A DNA stretch of 64,000 bases from an uncultured Chloroflexia bacterium (GCA_963806265.1 CAWDXT010000022.1:5816-69815); one strand, 5' to 3'; positions 42,756 to 53,860 are shown, counted from the stretch's first letter. Translations and numbers: made by a program. Notes: generated by a model from the letters alone, not told the origin.

Positions 42756-43975
42756 TCATGGCCCGGCCGCACCCAGCGGCCGGCCGGAGACGAAGCGCTG
42801 CATGAGGTCCGTGTACCCGGACAGGCCGCGCTCGTAGCCGATGGCCCAGAAGCCGACCCCCGCGAACCCGTGCTGCTGGGCGAGCTCGATCTTCGGCGCC
42901 AGCGTCGCCGGCGAGTCCACGTACACCACCTGCCACGGCTCACCTGGATCCGGGGACGCCGGCGGCGTTCGGTCGCCTCCCGGACCAAGCAGGTACACGT
43001 CAGCGCCCTCGACCTCGTCCTGCGCGGGCTCGATCGCAGCGTCGGTCAGAACATCAAGGTGATGGCGTGGGATCCAGGCAGCGCCGCGGCCGGCGGCGGG
43101 CAGGTCCAGCAACGGGATCCCGGTCGTTGGCGGCGGCACGGGCCACGCGTAGCCATACAGCGGCAGACCCAGGATCGTGTCCTGCGCGGGAACGCCGAAC
43201 GCCTGGTAGAGGTCGATGGAGCGGGGCAGATCGTGGGCGCCACCATCACGTCTCGCGATGGGCGAGGTCGCTGCCAGGCTCTGACGCGCCCGTCCGGTAG
43301 TCGTAGGCCATCATGAACACGCGGTCGGCGCCCGCATTGACCGCGGCCGCGGCCATCGTGGCGCCGACCAGGTTCGCGGTGGTGGCGACCGACACCTGGC
43401 GAGTGCTGCCCCCGGCACGCAGGGCCGTTCGCAGCGAGCCCACGAACCGGCCATAGGCGGGGACCAGCTCGGGGTCGAGGCTCTCCACGTCCACGTTCAC
43501 ACCATCGAGCCCGAGCTCCTCGACGAGCGTCACCAGCGAGGCGACCACGGCCGCCTGCGTCGCAGGCTTCGTGAACAGCCGCTCGTTGCGCGCGATGCCG
43601 AAGCTGCTGAACGAGAGCTGGACGCTCATCCCATGATCGTGCCCGGCACGGATCAGCGAGCGGCCGATGTCGCCCGTGATCTGGCCGTAGCCGCTGGCGC
43701 TCGTCCGGATCGCGCCCTTGTTGGTGTTGGTGACGCTGAACAGCACGAGCGTGGTCAGCGGCGTTCGGGCGACGTGGCCGACGATGCCGGCATCCATCTC
43801 CCAGTAGGGCACGAAGCCGAACAGCTCCGAGCCCGGGGCCGGGACCGCCGTCGGCGTGGGCGTGATCTCGGGCGACGCGCGGCCCTCGCTCGGAGCAACG
43901 GTCGGCGCGGGCGCCGGGCTGCAGGCGGACAGCACCACGAGGAGCGCGGCCAGGGCCAGTCGCGACGCGGCTCAC
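42756..43975 (-). CDS. Glycoside hydrolase family 18 (chitinase-like) lipoprotein, at least 3 frameshifts
   Basis: A GTG at 43975 starts the signal peptide, which becomes ...LALAALLVVLSACSPAP after a 1-nt correction. The catalytic region in ORF 43246..43938 has LDGVNVDVE (DxxDxDxE motif). The C-terminus is in ORF 42756..43139 (...GFAGVGFWAIGYERGLSGY). Confidence 0.7.
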
Positions 43976-43995
43976 GCGCCCAGCGCGGGTCGGGC

Positions 43996-45832
43996 TCAGG
44001 CCGTCGATCCCACCGACCCCGCGGGTGCCGTCGCGAGGTCCGCGCCGGGAACCGTGAACTGCAACCGGTACAGCCGCGCGTACAGCCCATCGCGAGCCAG
44101 CAGCTCGTCGTGCGTCCCGAGCTCCACCAGCCAGCCGTCGTCGAGCACGGCGATCCGGTCGGCCGCCCGGATCGTGGACAGACGGTGCGCCACGATCACG
44201 GTGGTCCGCCCTCGCATCAGGTGCTCGAGCGCCTCCTGGACCAGCCGCTCCGACTCGTTGTCGAGCGCGCTCGTGGCCTCGTCGAGCAGCAGGATCGGTG
44301 GGTCCTTGAGGATCGCCCGGGCGATCGAGATCCGTTGCCGCTGGCCGCCCGAAAGCTTCGAGCCCCGGTCACCGACCACGGTGTCGTAGCCGTCGGGGAG
44401 CGCCGTCACGAAGTCGTGCGCGTTGGCCGCCTTCGCCGCCGCCTCGATCTCGGCATCGGCGGCGTCCAGCCGGCCATATCGGATGTTCTCGCGGATCGTG
44501 CCCCCGAACAGCGTCGCCTCCTGGGGCACGAGACCGATCTGCGTCCGGAGCGACTCCACGGTCACGCTGCGGACATCGCGACCGTCGATCCGGATCGATC
44601 CGCCGATGACGTCCCACAGCCGGGGGATGAGCGCGACCAGCGTGGTCTTGCCCGAGCCCGACGGACCCACCAGCGCAAGCACCTCACCGGGCGGCATGTC
44701 GAGGCTGATGTCGCGGAGGACGGACCGCGACTCCTCGTACCCGAACGTGACATCGTCGAACTCGATATGCCCGGTCACGGGTCCGATCGGCTCCGCCGTC
44801 GGCAGATCGACGACGGTGGGCTCGGTGTCGATGATCTCGAACACGCGCGACGATCGCGCCCGTGCCCTCCCGGAACTGTCCGTACAGGCTCGCGATCGTG
44901 GCCAGGCTGGCACCGATCGTGATCCCGTAGAGCAGGAAGCCGGTGAGCGTCCCGATGGCCAGCTTGCCCTCGATCACCTGGTGTCCCGTGTACCACAGGA
45001 GCACGGCGACGGCGCCAAAGCCGAGGAACGTCATCACCGCGCTGAACCCTGCTCGCCAGAGCGCGAGCCGCGACCCCCGGCGGACCACCACCTGCAGGTC
45101 CTCGTTGTAGCGCTGGATCTCGTACTCCTCGCGAACGTAGCTCTTTACCACCCGAATGCCGCCCAGCGCCTCCTCGGCGGTCGAGGTGCTGTGCGCGATC
45201 GAGTCCTGCACGGACGTGCTGACGCGCTGCAACGGGCGCCCGAACACCAGCGCGATCACGAGCAGCGCCGGTGCCAGCACGAGCGCGATCGCCAGCAGCG
45301 TGGGGCTGAGGAGGAACAGGATGATGATCGCGCCGATCAGGCCGATGAGGTTGGACAGCAGCGTCGTGACCGTCTGGGTCAGCATCGTCCGGACCAGCGT
45401 CACGTCGCTCGACAGGCGGGAGACCAGCTCGCCGACCCGATTGGTGCCGTGGTAGTCGAGCGACAGCAGGATCAGGCTCTGGTACAGCTCGCCGCGCATC
45501 CGGGCGACCACGCGCTCGCCGACGACGCCCAGCAGGTAGCCCTGGATGAAGCCGCCAACAGCCTGGGCCAGGAACAGCACCAGCAGCCCGGCGATGAGCC
45601 AGTTGAGCCCCTGGGGGTCACCGCCGTTGACGACCGAGGTCACCATCCCCGCGACCACCAGTGGCACCGCCAGCGCGAGCCCCGAGCCGAGCAGCAGCCC
45701 CAGGACAGCCAGCGAGAACGGCGCCAGGTCCGGGCGCAGGTAGTGGAACAGGCGCCGCCACGGAACACCACCGATCACCCGCACGCCGCGGGCCATCGCC
45801 GTCGCGCTCGGGGTGGGCAGCTGGACCGACAT
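43996..45832 (-). CDS. ABC exporter, fused permease-ATPase (MsbA/type I exporter-like), one frameshift
   Basis: The TMD (6 TM) is in ORF 44684..46018 from MSVQLPTPSATAMARGVRVIGGVPWRRLFHYLRPD. The NBD is in ORF 43996..44913 with Walker A GPSGSGKTT, signature LSGGQRQR and Walker B ILLLDEATSALD. The switch is at about 44870. Confidence 0.8.
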
Positions 45833-45974
45833 GCGCCGATGATGCCATGGCTCACCGCGTGCGCCGCCATGATTGGGGGCACAATCGCCAAAGCGCGCAT
45901 GAGGCACCGGGCGCAGAGCGCCCGTCGGCCGACCGGGCGCCCCCTCGATTCCGAGCCGCAGGAGACCGCAGCGC

Positions 45975-47467
45975 ATGACCGACCCGGGCGACGCCGGCTT
46001 CCCCACCCCACCGGCCACCCTGACGGATCTCTACGAGCTGACGATGGCCGCCGGCTACTGGAAGCTGGGCCGGACGGACGACGAGGCGATCTTCAGCCTG
46101 TTCTTCCGGCGCGCGCCGTTCGGCGGCGGGTTCACCCTGGCCGCCGGCCTGGCACGCGTGATCGCATTTCTCGAGGCATACCGGTTCACGCCGGACGAGC
46201 TCGCCCACCTCGAGGCCCAGCGGGGCAACGACGATCGTCCGCTGTTCGAGCCGGCGTTCCTCGACTACCTCGCCGGGCTGCGGCTCGACGGTCGACGTGG
46301 ACGGGATCCCCGAAGGCACCGTCGTGTTTCCCCATGAGCCGCTCGTGCGGGTCCGCGGCTCGCTGCTCCAGGCCCAGCTCCTCGAGTCGGCGCTCCTGAA
46401 CCTCGTCAACTACCCGACCCTGGCCGCCACCAAGGCTGCACATGCCGTCCTGGCGGCCGGCGGAGTCGCCGGTCATGGAGTTCGGGCTTCGGCGCGCGCA
46501 GGGACCTGATGGCGCGCTCACCGCGTCACGCGCCGCGTACCTCGGGGGCTGCAGCGCGACGTCCAACGTCCAGGCGGGACGAGTGTTCGGGATCCCGGTC
46601 ATGGGCACCCACGCGCACTCCTGGGTGCTCTCGTTCGCCGACGAGGTCGAGGCGTTCGACGCGTGGGCCGAGGTGATGCCCGGCAACGCCGTGCTGCTCG
46701 TTGATACGTTCGCCACCGAGCAGGGCGTGGTCAACGCGATCCGGACGGGTCTCCGGATGCGTGAGCGCGGCCAGCGGCTCGCCGGCATCCGGCTCGACTC
46801 GGGCGATCTGGCGTACCTGTCGGTCCGCGCCCGGGAGCTGCTCGACGAGGCCGGGTTCCCTGACGTGAAGATCGTCGCCTCCAACGACCTCGACCCCGAG
46901 ACGATGGAGTCTCTGCTCGCCCAGGGTGCGCGGATCGACAGCTGGGGCGTCGGCACCAAGCTCGTCACCTGCTTCGACCAGCCGGCGCTCGGGGGTGTCT
47001 ACAAGCTGACCGCCATCCGGCGCTCCGACGCCACGCCGTGGCGGACGCCGGTCAAGGTGAGCGCCGACACCGCCAAGATCACCGTCCCGGGCCAGCTCGC
47101 GGTCCGTCGCTTCTACGATGCCGATGGCACGGCGCGGGCCGACATGATCTGGGACGAGCTGTCCACCGAGGACGGATCACGGACGATCGTGGATCCCGTG
47201 GACGCCCACCATCGCCTGACCGTGGACGACGCGTGGACCTCGCGGGAGCTGACGGTGCCCGTGCTGCGCGCGGGTCGCCGCGTCTACGATCCTCCGTCGC
47301 TCCCCGCCTCACGCGATCACGCCCGCCGGGAGCTCGGGACGCTGCACCCGGCCATCCTGCGCCAGCTGCGACCGCACTGGTACCCGGCCGGGCTCGAATG
47401 GGGCCTGCATACGCGGCGCGAGGCACTCATCGAGCGAGCGCTCGAGCGGGAGCACGGGATCACCTAG
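45975..47467 (+). CDS. pncB: Nicotinate phosphoribosyltransferase (NAPRTase), 2 frameshifts
   Basis: LTDLYELTMAAGYWKLG..., then (shifted) VDGIPEGTVVFPHEPLVRVRGSLLQAQLLESALLNLVNYPTLAATKAA, then ...GIPVMGTHAHSWVLSF...GIRLDSGDLAYLS. Confidence 0.8.
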
Positions 47468-47515
47468 CCCAGGCGACCACCCCGGCAGGCACCGCCGCAG
47501 GCGGCCGTGGCTCGC

Positions 47516-48043
47516 TCAGCGCGCCGGGTGGGCCATCGAATCGACGATGATCGCCACCGCGATCACCAGCGCATCATCGTGGCCCGGGACCACCTTGATG
47601 CCATACGTGTCCCGGACCCGGAACCACTTCTTGCCGACCTCGGCGACGTCGCCGGCATCCGACTCGATCCGGTACTGGTGGTCGACGATGTTCCCGATCA
47701 CCTTCCAGTCCCCGCGCCCGTCGAAGCTCACGTCATAGCGTTCGCGAAGCGGCGTGATGAGGTGCTTCTTGACGGTCGCGACGCGCCCCTGAGGGCCCTC
47801 GATCTCCATCGTGTCGCGGATGTGCAGCATCTTCTCCTGGATCCGGTACAGCTCCTGGCCGGAGGCTGACTCGAGAACGAGCGTCTTCCGAACGCGCAAC
47901 ACCTTGCCATCGACCTTGAACACTCGCTGGCCGCTGGCATTCTCCACCCAGAAGTCGTCGCCGATCGCGAACATCTGCTGGCGCATCTGGTAGGTGGTGG
48001 AGGTCGCACCGTCGTGCGCCTCCTTGCGACGACCGAACATCAT
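47516..48043 (-). CDS. LURP-one-related / tubby-C-terminal-like (DUF567) family protein
   Basis: MMFGRRKEAHDGATSTTYQMRQQMFAIGDDFWVENASGQRVFKVDGKVLRVRKTLVLESASGQELYRIQEK... A GGGAGAG RBS is present. Intact. Confidence 0.65.
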   Translation of the reverse strand: MMFGRRKEAHDGATSTTYQMRQQMFAIGDDFWVENASGQRVFKVDGKVLRVRKTLVLESASGQELYRIQEKMLHIRDTMEIEGPQGRVATVKKHLITPLRERYDVSFDGRGDWKVIGNIVDHQYRIESDAGDVAEVGKKWFRVRDTYGIKVVPGHDDALVIAVAIIVDSMAHPAR

Positions 48044-48066
48044 CTCTCCCTGCGAGCTGGGCCCTC

Positions 48067-50973
48067 CTATCCGGCGGCGCCGGCGCCGACGGCCTGGGTC
48101 GCGGCGTGCTCGTGAAGGGCAACCTCGTTCTCGTTGGTGGTGGGATGGAGGTCGAACACGACCTTGCGCACCGTGCCGGTGAACGCGTACGGGGCCCGGT
48201 CCTCGTAGGCGAGGTCCACCACGCCGCCGTTGTCGCGTCCCATGTCCATGCCGGCGTAGGTGCTGAAGATGAGCGAGATCGTCTTGTCCAGACGGCCCTC
48301 GCCGATCTGGTGGTCGTTCGCCCACAACGTCACCTTGCCACCCGAGCCCGGGCTGGGCGCGTCGATCTCGAACAGCATCTTGACGGTCACATCGCCCGTC
48401 GGGACGGGCTCTGTGCTGGTCTGCTTGTAGGTCTCCACGCCCAGGAACTGGTAGGTGTGGTTGAGCAGGCCTTTCTCGTCAATCCACAGGGCGAAGCCGC
48501 CGATGAAGTCCGCATAGGCCACGATCACGCCCTCGGCTCCGCTGTCGGGCACGTGGAGCTGGCCCTCGATCGCGTAGGAACGGCCGATGATGCGCGGGAT
48601 CACCGGGGTCTGGATGTTCTGCACGTCGCCCGCGAACGTGAAGCGCGTCCTGGTCGGCATCGGCGGCAGCATGCCGAAGAACACGCTGTAGCCACCCAGC
48701 AGCGGCAGGACCTTGTGGCGGGTGGCCTCGCTCCACCACAGCTGCTTGAGCTCCTCGAGCTTGTCGGGGTGCTGATCCGCCAGGTCATGCGCCTGGCTGA
48801 AGTCGTCGGGCAGGTGGTAGAGCTGCCACGGGTCATGCTCGGGATCCCAGCCACTTCCGGGGGCGAACCGCTTGAGCGTCTCGGGCCGGAAGTCCCATGG
48901 CAGCTTGTCCAGCCTGGTGCCGGCCCACCAACCGTCGTGGTAGATCGCCCGGCTGCCGTACATCTCGAAGTACTGGACCGTGTGGCGCTCGGCCGCCGCC
49001 GCGTCGTCGAACGTGTAGGCAAAGCTGGTGCCGTCCATGGGCTCCTGCGGGATGCCATCCACCGTCATCGGATCAGGGAGGCCGATGAGCTCGAGGATCG
49101 TGGGCGCAACATCGATGCAGTGGGTGAACTGGCGACGGATCGTCGCATCGGCCGGAATTCGCCTTGGCCAGGCGACCACCATCGGATCCCGGGTCCCACC
49201 GAGGTGGCTCGCCATCTGCTTGCCCCACGGGAAGGGCGTGTTGTTGGCGTGCGCCCATGCGGCCGCGAAGTGCGGTGCCGTGTGGAACCCGCCGAGCTCC
49301 TCGATGCCACCCCACTTGTCGATCAGCGCGAGCTGCTCGTCGGCGTCGAGCACGACGCCGTTGAAGAACGTCGTCTCGTTGAACGAGCCGGTGAGCGTGC
49401 CCTCCATGCTCGCGCCGTTGTCGCCCCAGATGTAGACGACGAGCGTGTCGTCGAGCTCACCCATCTCCTCGATGGCATCGAGCAGGCGCCCGGCGTTCCA
49501 GTCGGCGTTCTCGGAGTAGCCCGCGAACACCTCCATCTGGCGCGCGTACAGCCGCTTCTGGGCGTCAGTCAGCGAGTCCCAGGCCGGGAACAGGTCCGGT
49601 CGCTCCGACAGCTCGGTCTCCTCGGGCACGAGCCCGAGCTGCTTCTGGCGCGCCAGCGTCCGCTCGCGATACGCGTCCCAGCCGTCGTCGAACATGCCCT
49701 TGTACCTGTCGGCCCACTCCTTGCCCACGTGGTGCGGCGCATGGCTGCACCCGGTCGAGTAGTACATGAACCATGGCTTGTCGGGATCGTGCGCGCGAAC
49801 CGCGTGGACCCACTCGACGGCCTTGTCGGTGATGTCGTCCGGGAAGTAGTAGACCTTGCCGTCCTCGCCCTCGGGCACGCCGAGGGTCGAGTTGTCCATC
49901 GTGATGACGGGGTCGTACTGACCGGCGGCACCGGTCAGGAAGCCCCACCAGTGATCGAACCCCCAGCCCAGCGGCCAATGGTCGAACGAGCCGGCCGCCC
50001 CCATCTCGCGGCCGGGCGTCATGTGCCATTTGCCGAACCCGCCGGTGATGTAGCCGTTCTCCTTGAGGATCCGCGGCAGCGGCGTGCACGTCCGTGGACG
50101 CGTGCCGGTGTAGCCGGGGAAGGGGCCCGGGAACTCGGCGATGCCGCCCATGCCGACGCGGTGATGGTTGCGTCCGGTCAGCAGCGCCGCCCGGGTCGGT
50201 GAGCAGACAGCCGTGACATGGAACGCGTTGAACGTCTGCCCCATCTCCTGGACCCGGCTCAGGGTCGGGGTCGCGATGTCGCCGCCGAACGTGGTCGGGC
50301 CACCATAGCCGGCGTCATCGATCAGGACGATGAGCACGTTGGGAGCCGCGTCAGGCGCCTTGGGCCCGGGGATGAACGACCAGTCGACCTGCGACTCGTC
50401 CATCGTGCGCCCGATCGCGCCGCCAAACGCGCGGTCCGGAATCGGCAACACTGTCCGATCCGGGCTGAACTTGCCCATCGCCTCGGCAAGCGAGGCCTTC
50501 AGCGCCGCGGTCCCGTGCTTGTCGGTCTCGACCACTGAGCGGGCAATGGCGCCGGGCAGCCCTCGTTCCACGCCCAGCCGATCAGCGTCGTCGAACATGG
50601 CGATCACGGCCGCCGAACCGGGCGGAAGCATCTCGCCGATCGTGTCGTGCAGCTTCGTCTCCAGGCGATGGTTCGCAAACCGCCCAACGATGCCGCCGGC
50701 CGCGGCGCCCACGACCGTGGCTGCGAGCAGCGGCGGCGAGGCAAGCCCGACCAGGAAGCCGACGCCGCCGCCCCAGCCAGCGCCCTTGCGGCCCAGGTTG
50801 TCGCCGGTCTGCTGAACGACGACGTGTCCGTCCGCGTCGTGCGTGATGAGGATGGCGGCCTCCATGTGCACCGCCTTGGCCGCCACCTGGCCGACCAGTG
50901 AATCGAAGTCGGATTGGGCGACCGTCAGATCGGGGTACGCCGCGACGAGGACGTCCGAAACCACCTGTGCCAT
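48067..50973 (-). CDS. Arylsulfatase (Cys-type sulfatase) with an N-terminal DUF1269-like glycine-zipper domain
   Basis: An AGGAGG RBS precedes the ATG at 50973. The N-terminal ~230 aa (MAQVVSDVLVAAYPDLTVAQSDFD...GAGWGGGVGFLVGLASPPLLAATVVGAAAGGIVGRF) match DUF1269. The sulfatase core has CSPTRAALLTGR (formylglycine motif) and GKWHMTPG. Intact. Confidence 0.85.
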   Translation of the reverse strand: MAQVVSDVLVAAYPDLTVAQSDFDSLVGQVAAKAVHMEAAILITHDADGHVVVQQTGDNLGRKGAGWGGGVGFLVGLASPPLLAATVVGAAAGGIVGRFANHRLETKLHDTIGEMLPPGSAAVIAMFDDADRLGVERGLPGAIARSVVETDKHGTAALKASLAEAMGKFSPDRTVLPIPDRAFGGAIGRTMDESQVDWSFIPGPKAPDAAPNVLIVLIDDAGYGGPTTFGGDIATPTLSRVQEMGQTFNAFHVTAVCSPTRAALLTGRNHHRVGMGGIAEFPGPFPGYTGTRPRTCTPLPRILKENGYITGGFGKWHMTPGREMGAAGSFDHWPLGWGFDHWWGFLTGAAGQYDPVITMDNSTLGVPEGEDGKVYYFPDDITDKAVEWVHAVRAHDPDKPWFMYYSTGCSHAPHHVGKEWADRYKGMFDDGWDAYRERTLARQKQLGLVPEETELSERPDLFPAWDSLTDAQKRLYARQMEVFAGYSENADWNAGRLLDAIEEMGELDDTLVVYIWGDNGASMEGTLTGSFNETTFFNGVVLDADEQLALIDKWGGIEELGGFHTAPHFAAAWAHANNTPFPWGKQMASHLGGTRDPMVVAWPRRIPADATIRRQFTHCIDVAPTILELIGLPDPMTVDGIPQEPMDGTSFAYTFDDAAAAERHTVQYFEMYGSRAIYHDGWWAGTRLDKLPWDFRPETLKRFAPGSGWDPEHDPWQLYHLPDDFSQAHDLADQHPDKLEELKQLWWSEATRHKVLPLLGGYSVFFGMLPPMPTRTRFTFAGDVQNIQTPVIPRIIGRSYAIEGQLHVPDSGAEGVIVAYADFIGGFALWIDEKGLLNHTYQFLGVETYKQTSTEPVPTGDVTVKMLFEIDAPSPGSGGKVTLWANDHQIGEGRLDKTISLIFSTYAGMDMGRDNGGVVDLAYEDRAPYAFTGTVRKVVFDLHPTTNENEVALHEHAATQAVGAGAAG

Positions 50974-51132
50974 GGAACTCGCCTCCTGCGCGTACGACAC
51001 CCGCCCGGTGGACGCGACCTGGCGTGACTGGTTCGCGGGTCGCATCACCGACCCCATGGCATTCAACCCATCGGTGGCGTGCTCGTCATCGCCCGAATCA
51101 GGTGACGCTCGCCGATCGCGACATGCACCCGG

Positions 51133-52017
51133 TCAGGCGCGCACGATCGCGCGCACGCCGGCGAACACCACCGCCGCGAACACCACCGTGCTGACGAGCA
51201 CCACCGCGATCGCCAGCGCAGCGGGTACCTGGACCACGGGCACCTGCTTCGCGCCCCAGGCGGTGAGACCCAGAACCACACCGGCCACACCGGCGATACC
51301 GGCGACCAGGGTGAGCGCTCGATCCAGCCGCCCGAAGCCGACCTGCTGGAACGAGGACCTGGGTCCCGACCTTCCGAACCCGCGTGACTCAAGGCTGATC
51401 GCAAGCTGCTGCATGCGCTCCAAGGTGCCCGCGAACACGGGCACGAATGCGGGGATCACGGCCGCGAAGCCATTCCCGGGCATCGCCCTCGCCCGCTGCG
51501 CGGCGAGCACCAGACCCACCTGGCGACGCAGGACCGGGACCAGCTCGAGCGTCATCGAGATCATGAACACGAGCGTGTACGGAACCCGGATCCGCCGCAG
51601 CGCCGCCGCCAGATCCGAGGGTCGCGTGGTTGCGAACACGACGATCGCCGTCACCTCCATGGCGAGCACGCGGGCGACGAGTGAGAGCGATCGGGCAAGG
51701 CCCTCCTGATAGATCGTGACCGGCCCCAGCTGGGCGGCGGGCGTGCACGTGCCGCAGATCGCAGGGGCGGTCGACTGGACGACGACGATCGAGGCGGCCA
51801 GCGGCGCCAGCACCACCAGGCCGGCAGCGACCGGGCGCGTGACGCCTGCCGCCACCGCCATGGCCAGCGCGATGGCGGTGATCACGAGCAGCGGCAGCGG
51901 ATGGTAGGTCACGAAGGCGACGCACAGCACGGCCAGCAGCCACGCGAGCTTCGGGATCGGGCTCAGCCGGGCGAGCCAGGTCGCCGGCGGCTGCCGTTGG
52001 TCGGTGGCCGGCAGCAT
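51133..52017 (-). CDS. ECF transporter transmembrane component (EcfT/CbiQ family)
   Basis: MLPATDQRQPPATWLARLSPIPKLAWLLAVLCVAFV... It has the T-component topology and conserved ARG-type coupling helices (...AAALRRIRVPYTLVFMISMTLELVPVL). Confidence 0.8.
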   Translation of the reverse strand: MLPATDQRQPPATWLARLSPIPKLAWLLAVLCVAFVTYHPLPLLVITAIALAMAVAAGVTRPVAAGLVVLAPLAASIVVVQSTAPAICGTCTPAAQLGPVTIYQEGLARSLSLVARVLAMEVTAIVVFATTRPSDLAAALRRIRVPYTLVFMISMTLELVPVLRRQVGLVLAAQRARAMPGNGFAAVIPAFVPVFAGTLERMQQLAISLESRGFGRSGPRSSFQQVGFGRLDRALTLVAGIAGVAGVVLGLTAWGAKQVPVVQVPAALAIAVVLVSTVVFAAVVFAGVRAIVRA

Positions 52018-52025
52018 TGCGGTGC

Positions 52026-52973
52026 TCAGGGCCGCTCCTCCGGTCCGCTGATCGCCGCGGACAGCTCGCCCACCGACAGCGCCCGCCATTCGACGGGACG
52101 GCGCGCGAGCCGCAGGCGGCGCGACAGCTCGGTGATCTGCGGGACCTCGAGCCCGGCTCGCGTGATGGCCCCGTCGTCGGCGAGCACCGACCGCGGCGGG
52201 CCATCGGCGACAATTCGGCCGGCTGCCAGGATCACGAGCCGATCGACGACCGGCGCCATGAAGGCGGTGTCGTGCCCGACGATCACGACCGTCCGACCGG
52301 CGTCTCTCAGCATCTCGACGAGCGTGGCGAGCGTCCTCACGGCTGCGTGGTCCTGCCCAGCGGTGGGCTCGTCAAGGATCACGAGCGGCGTGCGCATCGT
52401 GAGCACAGATCCCAGGGCGACCAGCTTGCGCGTCGCCAGACCGAGCCGGTACGGATGCTGGCCGAGGACGGCACCAAGACCGAGCTGGGCTGCGATGTCG
52501 CTGATGCGGGCGTCGATCTCGTCAACCGGGACCCCGAGATTCCGCGGACCGAACGCCAGCTCCTCGGCCACCGTCGACGCGAACAGCTGGTGGTTCGGGT
52601 TCTGGAACGCGAGACCGGCATGGGCAGCCAGCGTGCGCACGCTCGTTCGTCCGGCGTCGAGCCCGTCGAGGGTGACCCGCCCCGCGCTCGCCCGGAGGAG
52701 CCCGTTGGCAAGCTTGACGAGCGTTGTCTTGCCCGACCCGTTGGCCCCGACGATCCCCACGACGTCCCCGGTGACGACCTCGAGGCTGAGGTCGTCGATC
52801 ACGATGGGGGCGTCAGGCCGGTAGGCAAACCGCACATTGGCAAGGGTGAGCATCGGTGCCCGCGGCCGCTGCGTGGCGCTCGGGGTGCCCTCGGCGCTCG
52901 GGGTGCCCGCGGCGCTCGGGGTGCCCGCGGCGCTCGGGGTGCCCTTGGCGTTCGGGGTCGTCGCGTTGCTCAC
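52026..52973 (-). CDS. ECF transporter ATPase (EcfA2/CbiO family) with an N-terminal GTPSAA hexapeptide-repeat extension
   Basis: Walker A GANGSGKTT, Q-loop, signature ...LSVGE.. and Walker B ILDEPTAGQD. A GTG start at 52973 overlaps the EcfA1 stop (GTGA) and adds VSNATTPNAKGTPSAAGTPSAAGTPSAEGTPSATQRPRAP. The alternative ATG start is at 52853. Confidence 0.8.
   Translation of the reverse strand: MSNATTPNAKGTPSAAGTPSAAGTPSAEGTPSATQRPRAPMLTLANVRFAYRPDAPIVIDDLSLEVVTGDVVGIVGANGSGKTTLVKLANGLLRASAGRVTLDGLDAGRTSVRTLAAHAGLAFQNPNHQLFASTVAEELAFGPRNLGVPVDEIDARISDIAAQLGLGAVLGQHPYRLGLATRKLVALGSVLTMRTPLVILDEPTAGQDHAAVRTLATLVEMLRDAGRTVVIVGHDTAFMAPVVDRLVILAAGRIVADGPPRSVLADDGAITRAGLEVPQITELSRRLRLARRPVEWRALSVGELSAAISGPEERP
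52876..52955. repeat. 18-bp tandem repeat x4-5 (gcgctcggggtgcccNcg)
   Basis: It encodes the GTPSAA repeats at the 5' end of ecfA2. Confidence 0.7.
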
Positions 52974-53860
52974 GAGGTCGCGCCCGCGGCAGGCGGATGG
53001 ACGCCGAGCCACGCGACGGCCTCGTCGACGGTGACCGGCAGCGGGGTTCGGTGCGACCCGTGGCTCGAACCCGCCAGGAGCGCCGCGAGCCCGGTCACCT
53101 GGGGTACGCGCAGGCCGACCCCCTCGATCACGTCGGGATGACCCAGCACGACGCCGGGTGACCCGTCGGCGACGATCCGCCCACGGTCGAGGGCCACGAT
53201 CCGGTCCGCGTAGCTCGCGAGTCGCTCGACGTCGTGGTCGGCGATGAGCACGGTCCGTCCCTCGTCGCGGCCCAGCCGGCGGGCCAGGTCGAACACGGCT
53301 GTTGCCCCCGCCGGATCGAGATTCGCCGCTGGCTCGTCCATCACCAGGATCGAGGGCCGCATCGCCACGGCACACGCGATCACCAGCCGCTGCTGCTCAC
53401 CCCCCGAGAGCGTGACCGGTGACCGTTCACCGAACCCCGCGAGCCCGACGGACTCGAGCGCCGCATCCACCCGGGTGACCATCTCCGGCCACGGCACCGC
53501 AAGGGACTCGAGCCCCAGGGCGACCTCCTCGGCGACGGTCGCCTGGCTGATCTGGCTGTCCGGGTCGTCGAGCACCAGGCCGACCCGACCCGCCATCATG
53601 CCGACGCGCTCGGCCAACGGATCGAGCCCCGTCACGCGCATGCGCCCGGAGACCATCGCGGGCGCGAGGTGGGGCACGACCCCGTTGAGGCAGCGCAGCA
53701 GCGTCGACTTGCCCGCGCCGGTGAGGCCGATGACACCAACGAGCTCGCCGGGCGCGACGTCGAGCGTGATCCCGGTCAGGGCCGCACCAGGGGATCCGGG
53801 ATAGTGCACCGTCAGGTCCCGGATCGAGATCGCCCCGTCGCTCCCGCCCAGGCCGGTCAC
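52970..53860 (-). CDS. ECF transporter ATPase (EcfA1/CbiO family)
   Basis: Intact 296 aa with Walker A GLTGAGKST, signature LSGGEQQR and Walker B LVMDEPAANLD. Its start overlaps the S-component stop (ATGA). Confidence 0.85.
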   Translation of the reverse strand: MTGLGGSDGAISIRDLTVHYPGSPGAALTGITLDVAPGELVGVIGLTGAGKSTLLRCLNGVVPHLAPAMVSGRMRVTGLDPLAERVGMMAGRVGLVLDDPDSQISQATVAEEVALGLESLAVPWPEMVTRVDAALESVGLAGFGERSPVTLSGGEQQRLVIACAVAMRPSILVMDEPAANLDPAGATAVFDLARRLGRDEGRTVLIADHDVERLASYADRIVALDRGRIVADGSPGVVLGHPDVIEGVGLRVPQVTGLAALLAGSSHGSHRTPLPVTVDEAVAWLGVHPPAAGATS

